A DNA stretch of 64,000 bases from Lingula anatina. Taxonomy: Eukaryota > Animalia > Brachiopoda. Position 1 is the stretch's first letter. Each line of letters opens with the position of its first letter. Positions 28,529-41,700 of the stretch are shown one piece after another. Position numbers and translations under genes: made by a program. The notes under the pieces are model-generated. The model was not told the origin of the DNA. It saw only the letters and a list, made by a program, of their open reading frames with translations, and ran no database searches. Location: NCBI GenBank assembly GCA_051362555.1, contig CM120641.1, positions 31,998,401 through 32,062,400 of the forward strand. Reading direction: 5' to 3'.

Positions 28529-30623
28529 ATGATGACTGCATCCCAGGCATATCTCACAAGAAGAGTAATTCTTGGCTCCCAGTGTCATTTAGGATGTCCT
28601 TTAAAGAGTGCTGGAAGGCTAGTAGGTGTTGTCATAGGCAGATATCTGCACAGACACCATCATGGATCAGAGCATGGTCAATGCAGTTTGTGCCCAGTGT
28701 CAAGTGACTCAGATACATGGAAAAAGAACCTTATTGTTACTTCTCCAAAGTGTCATCACTGGACAATCAACCCTAGAGACACAGCAAGCAATGTGTATGA
28801 TTTTAAACATGTTTTATTAAGTGCCCCGAGGATGGGAGGGCGACACTTTGAGGTAACTAACTCATTGGATACCAAACTGTCACACCTAACACATCTGATA
28901 AGACAAGCCAATGTTATCACTCTACCCAACAGATGTCACCACTCATCAGCCAATTCGAGATGCGCCAGAATGATTCTGACCAAGAGATATTTGTTTTGTA
29001 CTAAACCAAAAAGGAAAGTTGAAGAAGAAAAGGGGGTTAAAACGAAAGGCAGCTTCCTACAAGGTGTGGTTGCAGACCTTACAGAAGCAACTGATGACAG
29101 CCACATAACACAGTTACAAGAGGAGCTGTTCCAGAAACCTAAAGAGAAAAACAGAGAAACTTTCATTGCTGCTGTGTCTCAGTACAGGAACACACCTAAT
29201 GTGTATCGCAGGGGAGAGGTACTTTGTTAAAAACACCTGCATCCATTAGTGTTATCCCTGTTATAGATGATGCATTTTTATATTCAGACACTGTAAGTGT
29301 CTGTATATATTCTGATTGGTCTGTCTGTCCGCATTGTCACTGTTACTGTCCAACACATGACGTTCGCCCCATAACTGCCAAACCGTACTTTTGTTTTACT
29401 TTAAATTTACTGAGTGGCTTTGTTTGGTAAAGAAGCAGATTGCTTTTGAAAATTAGCACAATCTGTTTACATGTATGGTAGTTATTCTGTTTTTTGCACA
29501 TTTTGGTGATGTTTGCCTCTTAACTTCAAAACCGTATTTTTGTTTTTCTTATAAATTTACTGAGTGGCTTTGTTTGGCAAAGAAGCAGGGGCCCGTTTCA
29601 CGAAGCAGTAGTTAGTTAGAATAACTAACTACTGAACTATCTCACTAACGAGAAAACTTTAGGGGTGTTTCACGAAGCAGTCGTTAACTCATCGCTAAGT
29701 TCAGTCGTAAAGTTCGGTCGTTAGTTCTCTCGTTACTCACCGTAGTCTCGAAACAGTTTACTGGAAGTGGAACTCTTGCGTAAAAGTGTCGCGAAAGCTC
29801 TAACTCTCCAATTTCCGGCAGCTGGAAATGCATAAGAACGTCTGCTTTGAGGTCGTCGTAAAGGATCTCTACCACATTTTTGCCGCTCTTTTTGTCACAG
29901 CTAGGCGCAACCTCTCGTAAATTGCATCATCGCGTGTATATTCTAATAGATTCTGCCTATCATAAAAACCTCGTAGTGTACGTTGCCGTCTGGTGGTACA
30001 GATAGTAAGAAAGGTCGTTGCCATATTGGATACAAAGACAAACGACAGACAACGGTAGCTAAGCAACCTTTCTATTTCATTCATTACGCATGCGTACGAT
30101 GAAACTCTAAAGTTAGCGACTGGTCTGACCAGTCGCTAAATATCCATGGTAACAACGACACAATACAGAGCGAGAGAACTAGCGATAGCTTCGTGAAATG
30201 GCACTCATAACTAGCGAGAGGCTAACTACCGATCTCTAACTAACTACTGCTTCGTGAAACCGGCCCCAGGTAGCTTAAATGCTGTATGATAAGGTAGAAT
30301 TCCAGATTAAGAGCATATGGCGATCTTGCTCTTCAAGTCTATGGACCAATTGAGTGGAACAATCTCCCTATTTTCTTAAAAATGATAGAGTCTGAGGACA
30401 ATATCAAAAAAGAATTAAAAACTTATATCTTCAAAAAGTTTTATCTTTTACATTGTACAATTTATTTTTAATATCAGTTGCATTTTCAATTACATTTTAG
30501 TTCACATCTTAATTTCTTATTATTTTAACTACCTTTTGATTTTACTTTATTCATCTCATTCTGTTCATTTTACCCATGTAAAGTCTACTGAACATTTTAT
30601 ATGGATTTTAGACTATAAATAAA

Positions 30624-30656
<33 letters not shown>

Positions 30657-32840
30657 ATTTACTGAGTGACTTTGTTTGGTAAAAGGGCAGGTTGCTTTCA
30701 AAAATCGGCATGATTGGTTAACATTTACAGTAATTATTATTATTATTTTTTCCACAATTTTGGTGACCTTCGCCCCTTCGCCTTGTCCATGTTACCTGTA
30801 GTACTTAATGTAAGAGGATAAGAGTGATTACGCTGTTTTAAAGCATTATGTAATAGTGCATCAAAATTGGCCAAAGCATTATTTGGTGCACTCTTTTCTG
30901 CATAATGTCTGAACATTTGTCAGCTTTGATGCCTTGTTTCCTGTATTGTGTCTGAATCAGGGGTAGCGCTAACACTCGCTAATTTAGCCAAATGCTAACT
31001 GACTTAAGTTAGCTAAACAAAAACTGGTTGATTTGACTGAAGTCAAATTTCAACCATTTGGAGAAAAAAGTGATAAAAAAGTAGTGATTTGGCTTAGAGA
31101 AAAAATTGCCAGCGCTACCCCAGTATGTTTGTCAGCTTTACTGTCTAGTTTTAGATTACTACTATAATCAAAGCCATTATTTTGACAATAATTATCAGAT
31201 TATATTAAAAGTCACAACTGAAGATAGAATTTTACAGTTAAAAATGTAAGAAAACAGTATAATCATATGAAAAGATAACAGTAAATTCCATTGTAATACC
31301 ACATACATAAATACTGTATGTTCTTCAGCAGTTTGACACAATATAAAATGCTGTTATCTGTTTTTAGGTTGAATTCATCAATTCAGCACTAAAACATATG
31401 AAAGATTTTAATGTCAGTGATGATTTGGATGTGTACAAAGAGATCGTGGATATTTTCCCAAAGGGCAAGATGAAGGCATCAAATGCCTTGCAGGCAGATT
31501 TTATGTGGTTTCCCAAGCATCAGGATTTGGCCCTGAAGTTGATGCATCAGATGGATGAGAATGGTAAGTGTGCTTCTTGGATAGTTGAGCCATTGTTCTG
31601 AATTTTGGTAGGCGAGAGATGCTGTCACAGTGTGTTACAGTATTTTCTGTCATTGCAGTTGTGTCACAGCCAGTTGCTAAACCCAACAATTTTTATGACT
31701 GGAGTGTTTGGGCTGTCTACCAGAAATCTTCCTGTTAAAGATGCTAATGCCAACACATACTTTTAAATAGCATAACTTAAAGAAATACCAAATGTCATAA
31801 TTTAATATTTCCAAAAGAATGATATTATATGAAAAGATATTTCTGCCTCTTTCTGTGTTATATATAACCCTTCGTTGTTTTCAGCAACTTATTTGAATAA
31901 TTGTGGCAACGGCAATGCATTATATACCCGTTTGAAAATCCCTGCATGTCATTTAACATTAATTTCAGGTGTGTTACCTGATGAAGAGTTTGGTCATCTC
32001 CTTGTAGACATCTTTGGGTTAAAATCTTTTGTGGTGCGCAAGTATCGACGTACTTTATACTGGGCAACCAAGTTGAAGTATGAAAACCCTTATTATGTAC
32101 CAGTTAAGTTGCCCTCGGATCGCTTGGAGCTTGCAAAGATGGCTTTGGAAAAGATTTGTGTAGATTTGGATAACAGGATAACTGTATTTGAGGTAATATT
32201 TACATTTATGAGATATGGACATTGAGTTCAAGTCCATGCGTTTAACATAATAATGTGAAGTTAAAGGGTTAACAATTCTTTGTATTAAATCTATATTTCA
32301 CAATAAAAACATTGTTAACAACTCAAGGAAATATAATATATTCTATTTCACCACCAAAAATGGCAGTTAAAGCAATTATTCTACAATCTGTTCTTGTCAT
32401 CCAACTATGTGACCTCCATAGATGGCTATAATAATCTCTTAAAAGATTATAACAAAAAAAGCAAACTTTCTAAAAAAAAAAAAAAAAACGAACTAAATAT
32501 GAATGTAGAAATGGATTTATTAACCATTGGTAAGAATGGGAAAATTGTTGTTTACCCCAGGGAAATTCTTTTTTTTTTTTGGCTAAAATGAACAGTTGTT
32601 ATCCCTTTAAATTTTAAACAGATTAATGTGTGTTAATCACATATAATTATCAGGCATGCCATTAAAGCACAGATGTAGATATTGAAGTTTTACATAGTTA
32701 CGGCTAAACTTGGATCTTAATAATTTGTGTTTAAAATGTTTTGATTTAGTTTTCAGTCTAAATATTTTAAAATTCCATGATTAGTTGTTTATATTTGTTG
32801 TAATTTATTAATGTTAGAAAATAGGTTCATATGTCATCCA

Positions 32841-32895
<55 letters not shown>

Positions 32896-35034
32896 CCAGC
32901 GAAAAGTTCAGCCAATTGAAAACTTACATATGACATGAAATTACAAGCATGGCAATATGTACAATGACTGCAAAGTCAAATAGACATTCATGTGTTTAAA
33001 GTAATAAACAAACATTTTAAATATACATGAAACAAAAACTTCAGATTGCCTATGGATGTCATATAAAAATCTTAGTATCTCTGAGAATTTTATTACACAA
33101 ACACACACATAGAAACTTTTAAAAAATTATCAAATTAAAACTGCTGTTTTGTTCTGGTAAAAAAATACTTTCTTGTTGATCACGTCCCAATGGCTGATGG
33201 CAAAAACACTGGTCTTGTTATGAAGTTCTTAAATGTAATTGATATCATCAGTGGCACCTACACAATCATCGGATTTTTTCCTGCCTCTGTGCTGCCTCAT
33301 CTTAATTACCATTCCCATGTTTCAGAGTAGTGCCTTGTCAGAGACTGCAACCCCAGAAGAGCTATTCATAGCCACAGCTCAGAGTGGTCAGCAGCAAGCC
33401 CTACTGGCTGTCCACCCTACTGACCAGCCAGTGGTAGTGGAGGGAGGGTTCCTGGTCTGGCTGAGACGGGTACCTGTGACTTTCTTTGTCTTGAAATCAG
33501 AGAATGTGGTAGGACACCCAGAGGACACCACCAAGGAAGAAGATGGTGAGTGCTTTTGTGCAATGTGACTGGTCATTTGCCAAGGTTCCAACAGGCTTTT
33601 AACACTATTCCTACTTACCCTCTCTACCAGGGCTGCAGTTATTATATATAAACTGTCCGGAGCATTTATGCACAATTATAATAAATAAATAAATAAATAA
33701 ATAAATAAACAAGATATGTGTGAACCCCAACTCTGAGTTTCATGGGCATACCCATAATGTGTGCCTGATCATCATTTTTAAATGGTGTTAGAACGGTTTA
33801 TTTACATGGCGTGACGACACTTACATCACACGCCATGGCAGCTATGTCACCTTGTGACGACACATGGTAATAATTTTAGTTCTTTTATTTAGAGTATCTG
33901 AAGCAGACTCAACTGAATATTCAACAGATCCACGGTAAAAGTTAGTTACTGTTGTACGAAAAGCATTCAGCAAATTATTCATGGCCTTAATAAGAAAATA
34001 CTCAAAAATATGTCAGTTAGTACTCAAGATAAGAAATGCAATTGTAGATTTCCAAACAAGTGCTCTTTGAGAGGGGAATGTTTGTCCACCAATATTGTGT
34101 ACCAAGCAACATTCACTACAAAGAACAAATGTGTGAAATATATAGGCCTTTGTGTTGGCTAGTTAAGATATAACAACCACACTTAAGTCATTTAGGGACA
34201 AATATATGCTGTTGAAACTGAGCTATCTAAATATATTCAGAAATTAAAAGAAAGTAACACTCAGTATGACATTAGGTGGGACGTCATAAAAAAATCAGTG
34301 GCACAAAGGAGAAATCAACATCTATGCAACCTTTGCCTAGATGAAAAACTGCTAAATATGATAACACCAGATACTCTAAATAAAAGAATTGAAATTATTA
34401 CCATGTCGTCACAAGGTTACATAACTGCCCTGAATGTGTCATCATGTCGTGTAAATAAACGGTTGAAACACTTTTTAAATAAACACCTGATGATCGGGCA
34501 TACCCCAGAGTTGGGGTTTACACACGTTTTGCGTTTCTTTATTTATGTGCGTGTGTTTGTGGTTGCCCAATTATTACAGTGGAGAAATGTATATATTTAT
34601 GTTGTGTAAGTTGCCTGGTTAGTAGTGATTTAAATAAATAATTGAAATGTTCAGTATTAACTTTTCTATTATTGCTCTTTGTCACAAAAATATCTAAGTT
34701 GCAGTGTTATTTTTGGAAATTTATATATTCAGCTCTTATTGCCTTTTTATCTTTTTTTTTTCTAGAGTTTGACTTTTCCTTCACCTCCTTCTTTGGCACC
34801 ACAGAGGGGGGAGTTTGCCCACCTGACACCTCTTGTGAACACCACCAGGAGGATGGAACCATCTATGCCATTGCAATCACCTCATCTGGCAGTAAACCTT
34901 CCCTTATCTCATGGATCGACTGTTTACAGAAAACAAACCCCAGACTGAGGGAGCTGACTGTTTTGTTTAAGATGAGAACTCCAGAGAGTGGCATACAGAA
35001 AATGGAGAATGACAGTCAATCTGCCAGACAGTGA
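28529..35034 (+). CDS. ECSIT: ECSIT (evolutionarily conserved signaling intermediate in Toll pathway; complex I assembly factor)
   Basis: Exons 28529-29218 (...KNRETFIAAVSQY...VYRRGE), 31368-31563 (VEFINSALKHMKDFNVSDDLDVYKEIVDIFPKG), 31969-32192 (GVLPD..FG...RKYRRTLYW..KLKYENPY), 33326-33545 (QQALLAVHPTDQPVVVEGGFLVWLR..YFVL-like), 34766-35034 (HHQEDGTIYAIAITSSGSKPSLISWIDCLQKTNPRL..LTVLFK). Phase-consistent; the start codon choice is uncertain. Confidence 0.93.
29589..30266 (-). mobile_element. Internally deleted Harbinger DNA transposon with transposase N-terminal remnant
   Basis: 31-bp TIR gggcccgtttcacgaagcagtagttagttag (1 mismatch), CAG duplication at 29586-29588 and 30267-30269; minus-strand remnant RRQRTLRGFYDRQNLLEYTRDDAIYERLRL..VEILYDDLK resembles Harbinger/HARBI1 N-termini. 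Confidence 0.85.
30301..30654 (+). mobile_element. 5'-truncated L2/CR1-group LINE 3' end
   Basis: Translates LRAYGDLALQVYGPIEWNNLPIFLKMIESEDNIKKELKTYIF, the GDRAF..P..WN.LP......FK..LKT.LF type ORF2 terminus; followed by a 3' UTR, AATAAA and an (ATT)n tail. Confidence 0.7.
33700..34546 (+). mobile_element. Penelope-like element remnant (GIY-YIG endonuclease end) with inverted pLTR
   Basis: Decayed CNCRFPNKCSLRGECLSTNIVYQATFTT...KYIGL, ETELSKYI, CNLCLDEK, TLNKR at ~34037-34400; 33700-33835 is an inverted copy of 34434-34546. Confidence 0.8.
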
Positions 35035-35363
35035 ATTGCAAGTCTTTTGAAATCTGGGTGAAGTTTAAATGAGGGGTGGGAGTTTGAAGTCCTCAGTTGG
35101 TATCAGGATCTTGATGTTGACTTTTATACCACTAAATCCAAGATTAACTAGAGATTAACTAGAGAGGCGATATGAACTCCAGGTATTGTACCACCAGCTG
35201 GTGGTACGAATAACAGTGCTTTTGTATTCGCACATCTGTTTTAATTTCTTTATGGAAAATCTACTTCAGAAGCAGAAATAAAAAAAAAAAACATGAATAT
35301 ATAATACAGTGTAATATATTTCTTAAAAGGTCAAATTAAGAATTAGAATGTGAAACATGCAAG

Positions 35364-36045
35364 CCCTTACGAAAAAGTCCTATAGGATCCTATGAGATCC
35401 TCTAAAATTCTATAGGAAATTGACCCAATTTCTTATAGGATCCTATAGGATTAAATTTCTTCTTTAAACCACACATAATGATTGCCAAGACTTGAAACCC
35501 CTAGGTAACACTGCACAAAACTAGTTATTGAAGTAAAAAAACTCATCAATGCCCAAGCATGTGAAGAAACTAGAAATTTAAAAATAAAAAAGAGTAGTAA
35601 AAGTCTTTTGAAAACCTTATTCCATGTAAATCTCATTATCTGTGTACAGTGATAGTAAGACATGGATCTTGATGCCCCTATTTCACACAGACCACGAATC
35701 CCACAAATCGCCAGGAATTGACAAATTTCAGGATTCATGAGATTTTGCAAATTTTCTGGCCTAATTGGACACACTCTATGCTTCAGTTACGATACAGGTG
35801 CAATAGTGTTACGAATATTCGTGGAATTCGGCTGAAATCCCACAAATATTGTTAAAAATTCACTACAATTGTTTTGGAATCGGGAGTTCGTGACCAAAAT
35901 TTTGAACAGCTCAAAAATTTTGCCACGAATTCCCGATTGATCAAGAATTGCAAGAACTGACTATGATTATATACGAATCTGTTAAGAACTTCACGAACTG
36001 ATTATGATTCAACCACGAATCCTGAAATTTGTACCCTGAGTGTCA
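35364..36045. mobile_element. Fragments of DNA transposons with modular sub-terminal repeats
   Basis: cccttacgaaaaa followed by repeated tcctatagga, then repeated ccacgaat/attcgtgg units in both orientations. Confidence 0.45.
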
Positions 36046-37559
36046 GAGCAACGTAAAAGCTAGCTTGTTAAATATATACCTTGTGATGGAGTCGCTTTTA
36101 CTAGCTCTGACGAACAACGACAATCTGAGGGCGTTCTTCTTCAAAATTTTGCCTGGGGCGCTTCCATATTTGGAAGTCACACGTCACAGCTGTGTCCGCC
36201 TGGATCCATATTTGGAAGTCATAAGTCTTGTACGTCACAGGTTTGGCCGCCTGTAGCTGCCTTTCCCGCCTCGCGCTGAAGTTATCTCGTGCAGACGAGA
36301 CAAGAAGCAAAGTGCCTGATGAAGTTTGAATTGAAAATATCTTGCAGTCGAAGGTCAGTGCCACAATAGAAGCAACATTCTGCTTTAAAAACTGATTTTG
36401 GTGTAGCCATTGCGCAGCCCTTATAGTGGTATCGGGCATATAGTGTAGCTGTCAAATTTGGCACACGGCAAACACGTGTATTGCGCACGTGTACATCTCA
36501 GGACTAAATGTTCTTTGATAAGCAAAAGATACAAAAACATTGGATATATCTTTTCTGTTCGAAGAATATTATTATTTTTTCTCTTTACATCTTAAGTGTG
36601 TGTCCATGATGAGACCAGTCAGAGGGTGGCAAGGTGGGGGTCAACAGATTTCAACCAAATTCATAATATAGTTGCATATATAGGAGATATTCACATTGAA
36701 GGCAACAATCCCAAAAGAAATCATTGGATATAATTTTAATATAATATTAAATGTTTTGGCCATTTTTGGCTTGATTTTCAGCTTCGGTCAATAAAGCTAC
36801 TTCATAAGCAAATATGTCAAAACTGATGACTTTTTAAAATAAATTGATAATTTACCTATTTAAACCAGCCATTTGCCATTGAGAATATGTTACCTATTTC
36901 AGTTTAACCCACAAACTAACAAGCCACGCCCATTTTTATAACCCCACCCCCCAAACTCACTTTTCTACCAAGCAATGTTCAAGCATTCATATCTCTCTTT
37001 TTGCAGGGTTGACAGCCATAAAATTGTATAGGGATCCTGAGCATATATTGGTCTCATCACACAAATTTTAAAAAGTGTGTTAAACACAACAGAAGATATT
37101 GAAAAAGTGCCTCAAACTTTAGCAATTTTAGCAGAAAACCAAACGACTGAAATCAAGATATCAGTACATTTTGAGATAATACCTTCCAATAATCAAATTT
37201 AATCAAAGACTCACAGCCAGGAATTCAAACAATGCTTTGATAAGGGCAAATCTATCCAATTTTTATAAATACAAGATGGCTGCCATCAATTCTGTCCCAA
37301 AATACAGTTACTGTAATTCCTCAAAATAATCAAGAGGCCCATTTTTGCAGGTTTTTTATTTTGAGATCTGTAATACAGGATTGCTCAGATAATATTCTTT
37401 TCAAACAGAGCCATACAACTTCTGAATAAATTTAAATTATTAGTGACAAGTTATTCACCCCCCCCCCCCCCCTTACTGTGCATATCCAATGTCATCAGCA
37501 TTGTGTATATACCTTATTTTCAGGGAGCAATAGAGAACAAGGCAGCAAAGCTGTCAAAT

Positions 37560-38784
37560 GTACAGACAAAAAACAGAAAATAAAGATGCAAAATAGGTCA
37601 TTTTGTCAATTTTGATGCAATGATAAATAATGCTTATAATAGCACTGTCAGTCAACACTGAATTTTAATCATGCACAACTGGTAACATGGTCAATAACAG
37701 GAGTGGACCCAGAGATATTGCAAAATTTACCTGCATAATTATCACTGCTTCCTTATTATTAATCTAGCAGACTGGCTTAATCTTTGGGAGTTTACAGGGA
37801 AATATCAACAACTGTGCTTTATGTAATCTCATTTAATAACCTATTAATTAGGCAAATGACTTTATAACTCTGAACTTAGCTTAGTGACACCCAAGGGAAA
37901 TTCACAGACTGACCCTCTCAAAGGTCTTTCAGGCCCATAAGTCACATCTTAAGAAAAGCACAAAGTAATAATGCACAAAATAGGATGCTGTCAATTCTGA
38001 TGCAATAATATATTACGCTTTTAAGCAAAGTCAACATCAAATTTAAATTATGCAAAACAGGTAATACCGATGAAAGTAAAAGCAGGCCCATGAGAGTTCA
38101 AGTTCATACTTAGAAAATGCCAGAATGAGAAAAATGAGAATTTCACAAAATGTTGCGTTAATTCAATAAAAAATGATAATCCAATAGAGCTGGTTTTCTT
38201 ATTTGAGCTGTATGTCAATCCTAAGAATCATTCTTTTAAGCTAAAAACAATAATAAGTAACACAGTTTGCTTTTTATCATAACGTTTGTGATGACAGTGC
38301 ATGAAGTTGGCTTTTTGTCAATTTTGATGCAATATTACATAATGATTAACTATAATTACCACCATTTATTTTTATTAATAACGTGGTCATTTAGAAAATT
38401 TGATTACCACTGGGCTTCATGACCATGGGAGTTCCAAGTCCCACATTGAAAATGCCAATATATGAAAGATAACAACTTCACAAACATGTACAACAGAAAA
38501 AGAAACCAATTAGATTGCTTTTCCAACACAGGCTGCATTTTAGACCTGTGTTTCTTTCCTGTAAGTTTTAAGAAGAGTAAGTAACATGGTTTTTCTTTAA
38601 TGGTCACTATAAAAGCAGTGTCCAAAATAGAGGTTTCTTCATTTTTGTTGCAATATTAGATAATGCATAATGACCATCAATTTTAATAATGAAATAAAAT
38701 TATCATGGATATTCAGACTAGCAAAGGTCTTCAAACCCATGGAAGTTCAAAGTCACACCTTGAAAATGTCGATATGTGAAAAAT
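37560..38784 (+). repeat. Dispersed complex repeat family (probable large Helentron-like element)
   Basis: Colinear similarity with 59755-60830 and 62210-62720; hallmark ttttgatgcaatattacataatg also at 20400-21290; 7090-7395 matches 61690-61850. Confidence 0.8.
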
Positions 38785-41700
38785 TTAAGGATGAGTGCAG
38801 ATAACCATTGGCAAAGTGCCCATCGTCAAATTTTTAAAATAATTTGCTATTATAAAGTTTATGCATATATTTGTTGTGTGAAAAAATATTATTTGGTTTG
38901 AGGCATCGTTTGAGGCATCGTATTTTTAATGAGTAATATGTGGGGGTGGAGGTAACCAGATTTACCTGTTGTATGCAGTCTAATATGAATCAGAGCAAGT
39001 TATTTCAGCATATATATTGCATAAATAATTTTTTCTAATGAAACTTGTCTTGTGGTGAAAAAAAGAGTTATATGTTAAATAATTGCGATGTGGCACAAGT
39101 AAATGGGAAAGTAATTGGTTTTTTTTTTTTTGTTTGTTTGTTTTTTTTAATCCTAGAGAAGAGAGGGAGGGGTGGTGTATTACAATATTTTCTCACAGAA
39201 ACCATCACTGATTTCACTTAACTGTATAAAAGTCTTGTAACTAGAAAAACTTGTATCAGCGTATTTATTAATTTTATATAACTTTTCTCACAGACCAGCA
39301 TTTGTTGGTCTAAATAATTATATTGTTAACCAATACACATTTTGTACAAAGCCCTATAGAATAGTAAAAAATGCTAAAAGCAAAAGGCTGTTACAGTAAC
39401 ACAAAAAAATCATGTGTTAAAGCACTCTAAACACCTATTTGGAATGTTTCCATTAACCATACAATAAACAAGGTATAAATTGTACCACAATAATGATAAG
39501 GTAAAAGTAAAAACTAAATGAAAATATAGTACACATAATAACAGTAATGGCCAATAATCTGTATGACAATGAAAATAAATCACCTAAAAAGTACTTCATA
39601 TATGATAATGTATGTGATAAAGACCTTGTATAGAAAGCAATGCAAGAGTTATTTTATACAAAATATATAAATATGAGAATAAAAAATGTATAATAAACAA
39701 TAGATAATTAATCAGATGTGCTGTCTGAAACACTTTCTGCCTCGCTAATACTCTCACCACTCGATGTTGGTAAATGCAAGAAGTTATAATGAGACTCTTT
39801 ATAACTTCTTGGTAAATGTGAGGCATCCTACCTCCCTACCTCCCCCCCCCCCCCCCCCCCCCCCCATGCACACACACACAAACACACACGCGAAGTTTTT
39901 TTAAACCATGCCAGTTCTGAACTGTGAATAGGGGAACTATGGGTCGCTGCATGCCATCTTCTTTCAAGCAAATCAAAGAAATGTTAAAATATTTAAGCAA
40001 TTATAAATAGTAACTAAAACATTTTAATTTAAAAATCACACCAAGCATATTATCTTTTCGTTATCCTTTCTCCTTGCAAAATCAAAGCAACCAAAAAAAC
40101 TGGACAACTCCACATAAATATTAATAGCAAAAATGTATTATCAATTTATCTTTATTGTCATCATCTGTGAAACAAGATATGGAATGAAAGTTTCTTCAAA
40201 GTGCATTGTGGATCAGTGTATATTGTGGATAAGTGTTCCAGTGTACGCGGACAAGGTCGTTCAATGACGGCCTGGGGCAGGTTAGTAAACTTCAAGTTGA
40301 TATCATGTCAACAAGATGCAAGGACACTGTCAATCACAATTAGGGGAGAGGCATGCGTGGTTTCCCTTCAAAAACTATTATAGCCTAACATTGATTCTTC
40401 CCTCCGAAGTAATTGTGTGATTTTTTTCTTTTTAAACAAAAAAGTTAAGGTATGAAAACGCTGAATGTATTTCAAACGTAGGTGTATATACAATACAAAT
40501 AATGAAATCTGTGTCTCACTCTCACACGACACCCCCGCGTCCAAACTGACAGGATGGTGGCGACAGCAACGCCCCCAGTCGACAATCTAAGATTGGAAGT
40601 CTATGAGCGACAGACTAATCAATGCCAAATTTCCGCATGACAACGATTTATAGACTCCCGGGAATTATTTTCCCTCAACGCTCTTTGTCGCACTGGCGGT
40701 CAATGCAGCATTTATTTCAAAACAAGTTGACCGCAAATTAAGCACGATTTTGCACCTTCAAGTTCCGTGTCACGTTTTCATATCATGCATCTTTTATTTC
40801 TACAAGTATTCTCTGCCCAAAATGCGTAAAAAAAGAGTTATCTTACCAGGTTGTTTAGAAAATTTCTTTTTCTTCCGACTACACGTCTTCTCTCCCGTTC
40901 ACCTCCAGGTTAAAATGACCACTCAGCTTCGCTTCTAACACCACTACACGTCACTTCCGGGCACAATCAGTCTTCTCCGATTCCCTTTATTAACACACGT
41001 AGGAACTGCAAGTCTTCAAAATGGTTGAGTTTAAATCAGTGAAAAGGGATCCAAAAAATATTTTTTCATTTTAATACTTATCATTCATCAGCTTTTGCAT
41101 TTTCCATCTATTTTATCTCAGCTGCTTATGATAAGTATTTAAATTATCAATTAATTCTCGTAAAATATAAATAGTTTAAGTCATGAATAATCCTTAGATA
41201 TACACCCAATGCATATTTTCAAAGATGCCAGTGTGTTATTGTGATGTTATACAAGTTGTTATTATTTTAACAAAAGTTAAAAGAAAATGATAAAAAAACA
41301 CCAGACTAAGATATGGGTCCCGTGACAATCTTCCTTCTACAATCTAAGTGTGAATTACTAGTAACTATGAAAACAGGAACTCACAAACAATATTACAATC
41401 ACCATTTACCGAATCTGTATTAATTATTACTTTCAACCTTAAAACATTTAAGTCAACCATGAAACAATCTATAAGAGAATTGAATTGTGTTAATGGTATG
41501 GCAACTCCTGAGAACATCTTCAGTTATAATATAATGGCAGTGTTCCAAAACCACGATACATATATATTAAATACAGGCTTGCTTAATCTTAAACGGAAAG
41601 GAAGTATTATCAAGTGTTGCACCTGCTCAGCAAAGCTGCAAATTTTATTTTGCAGCATCACAATTTCACTAGCACAAATCAGTAATAATTGTTAGTATAT

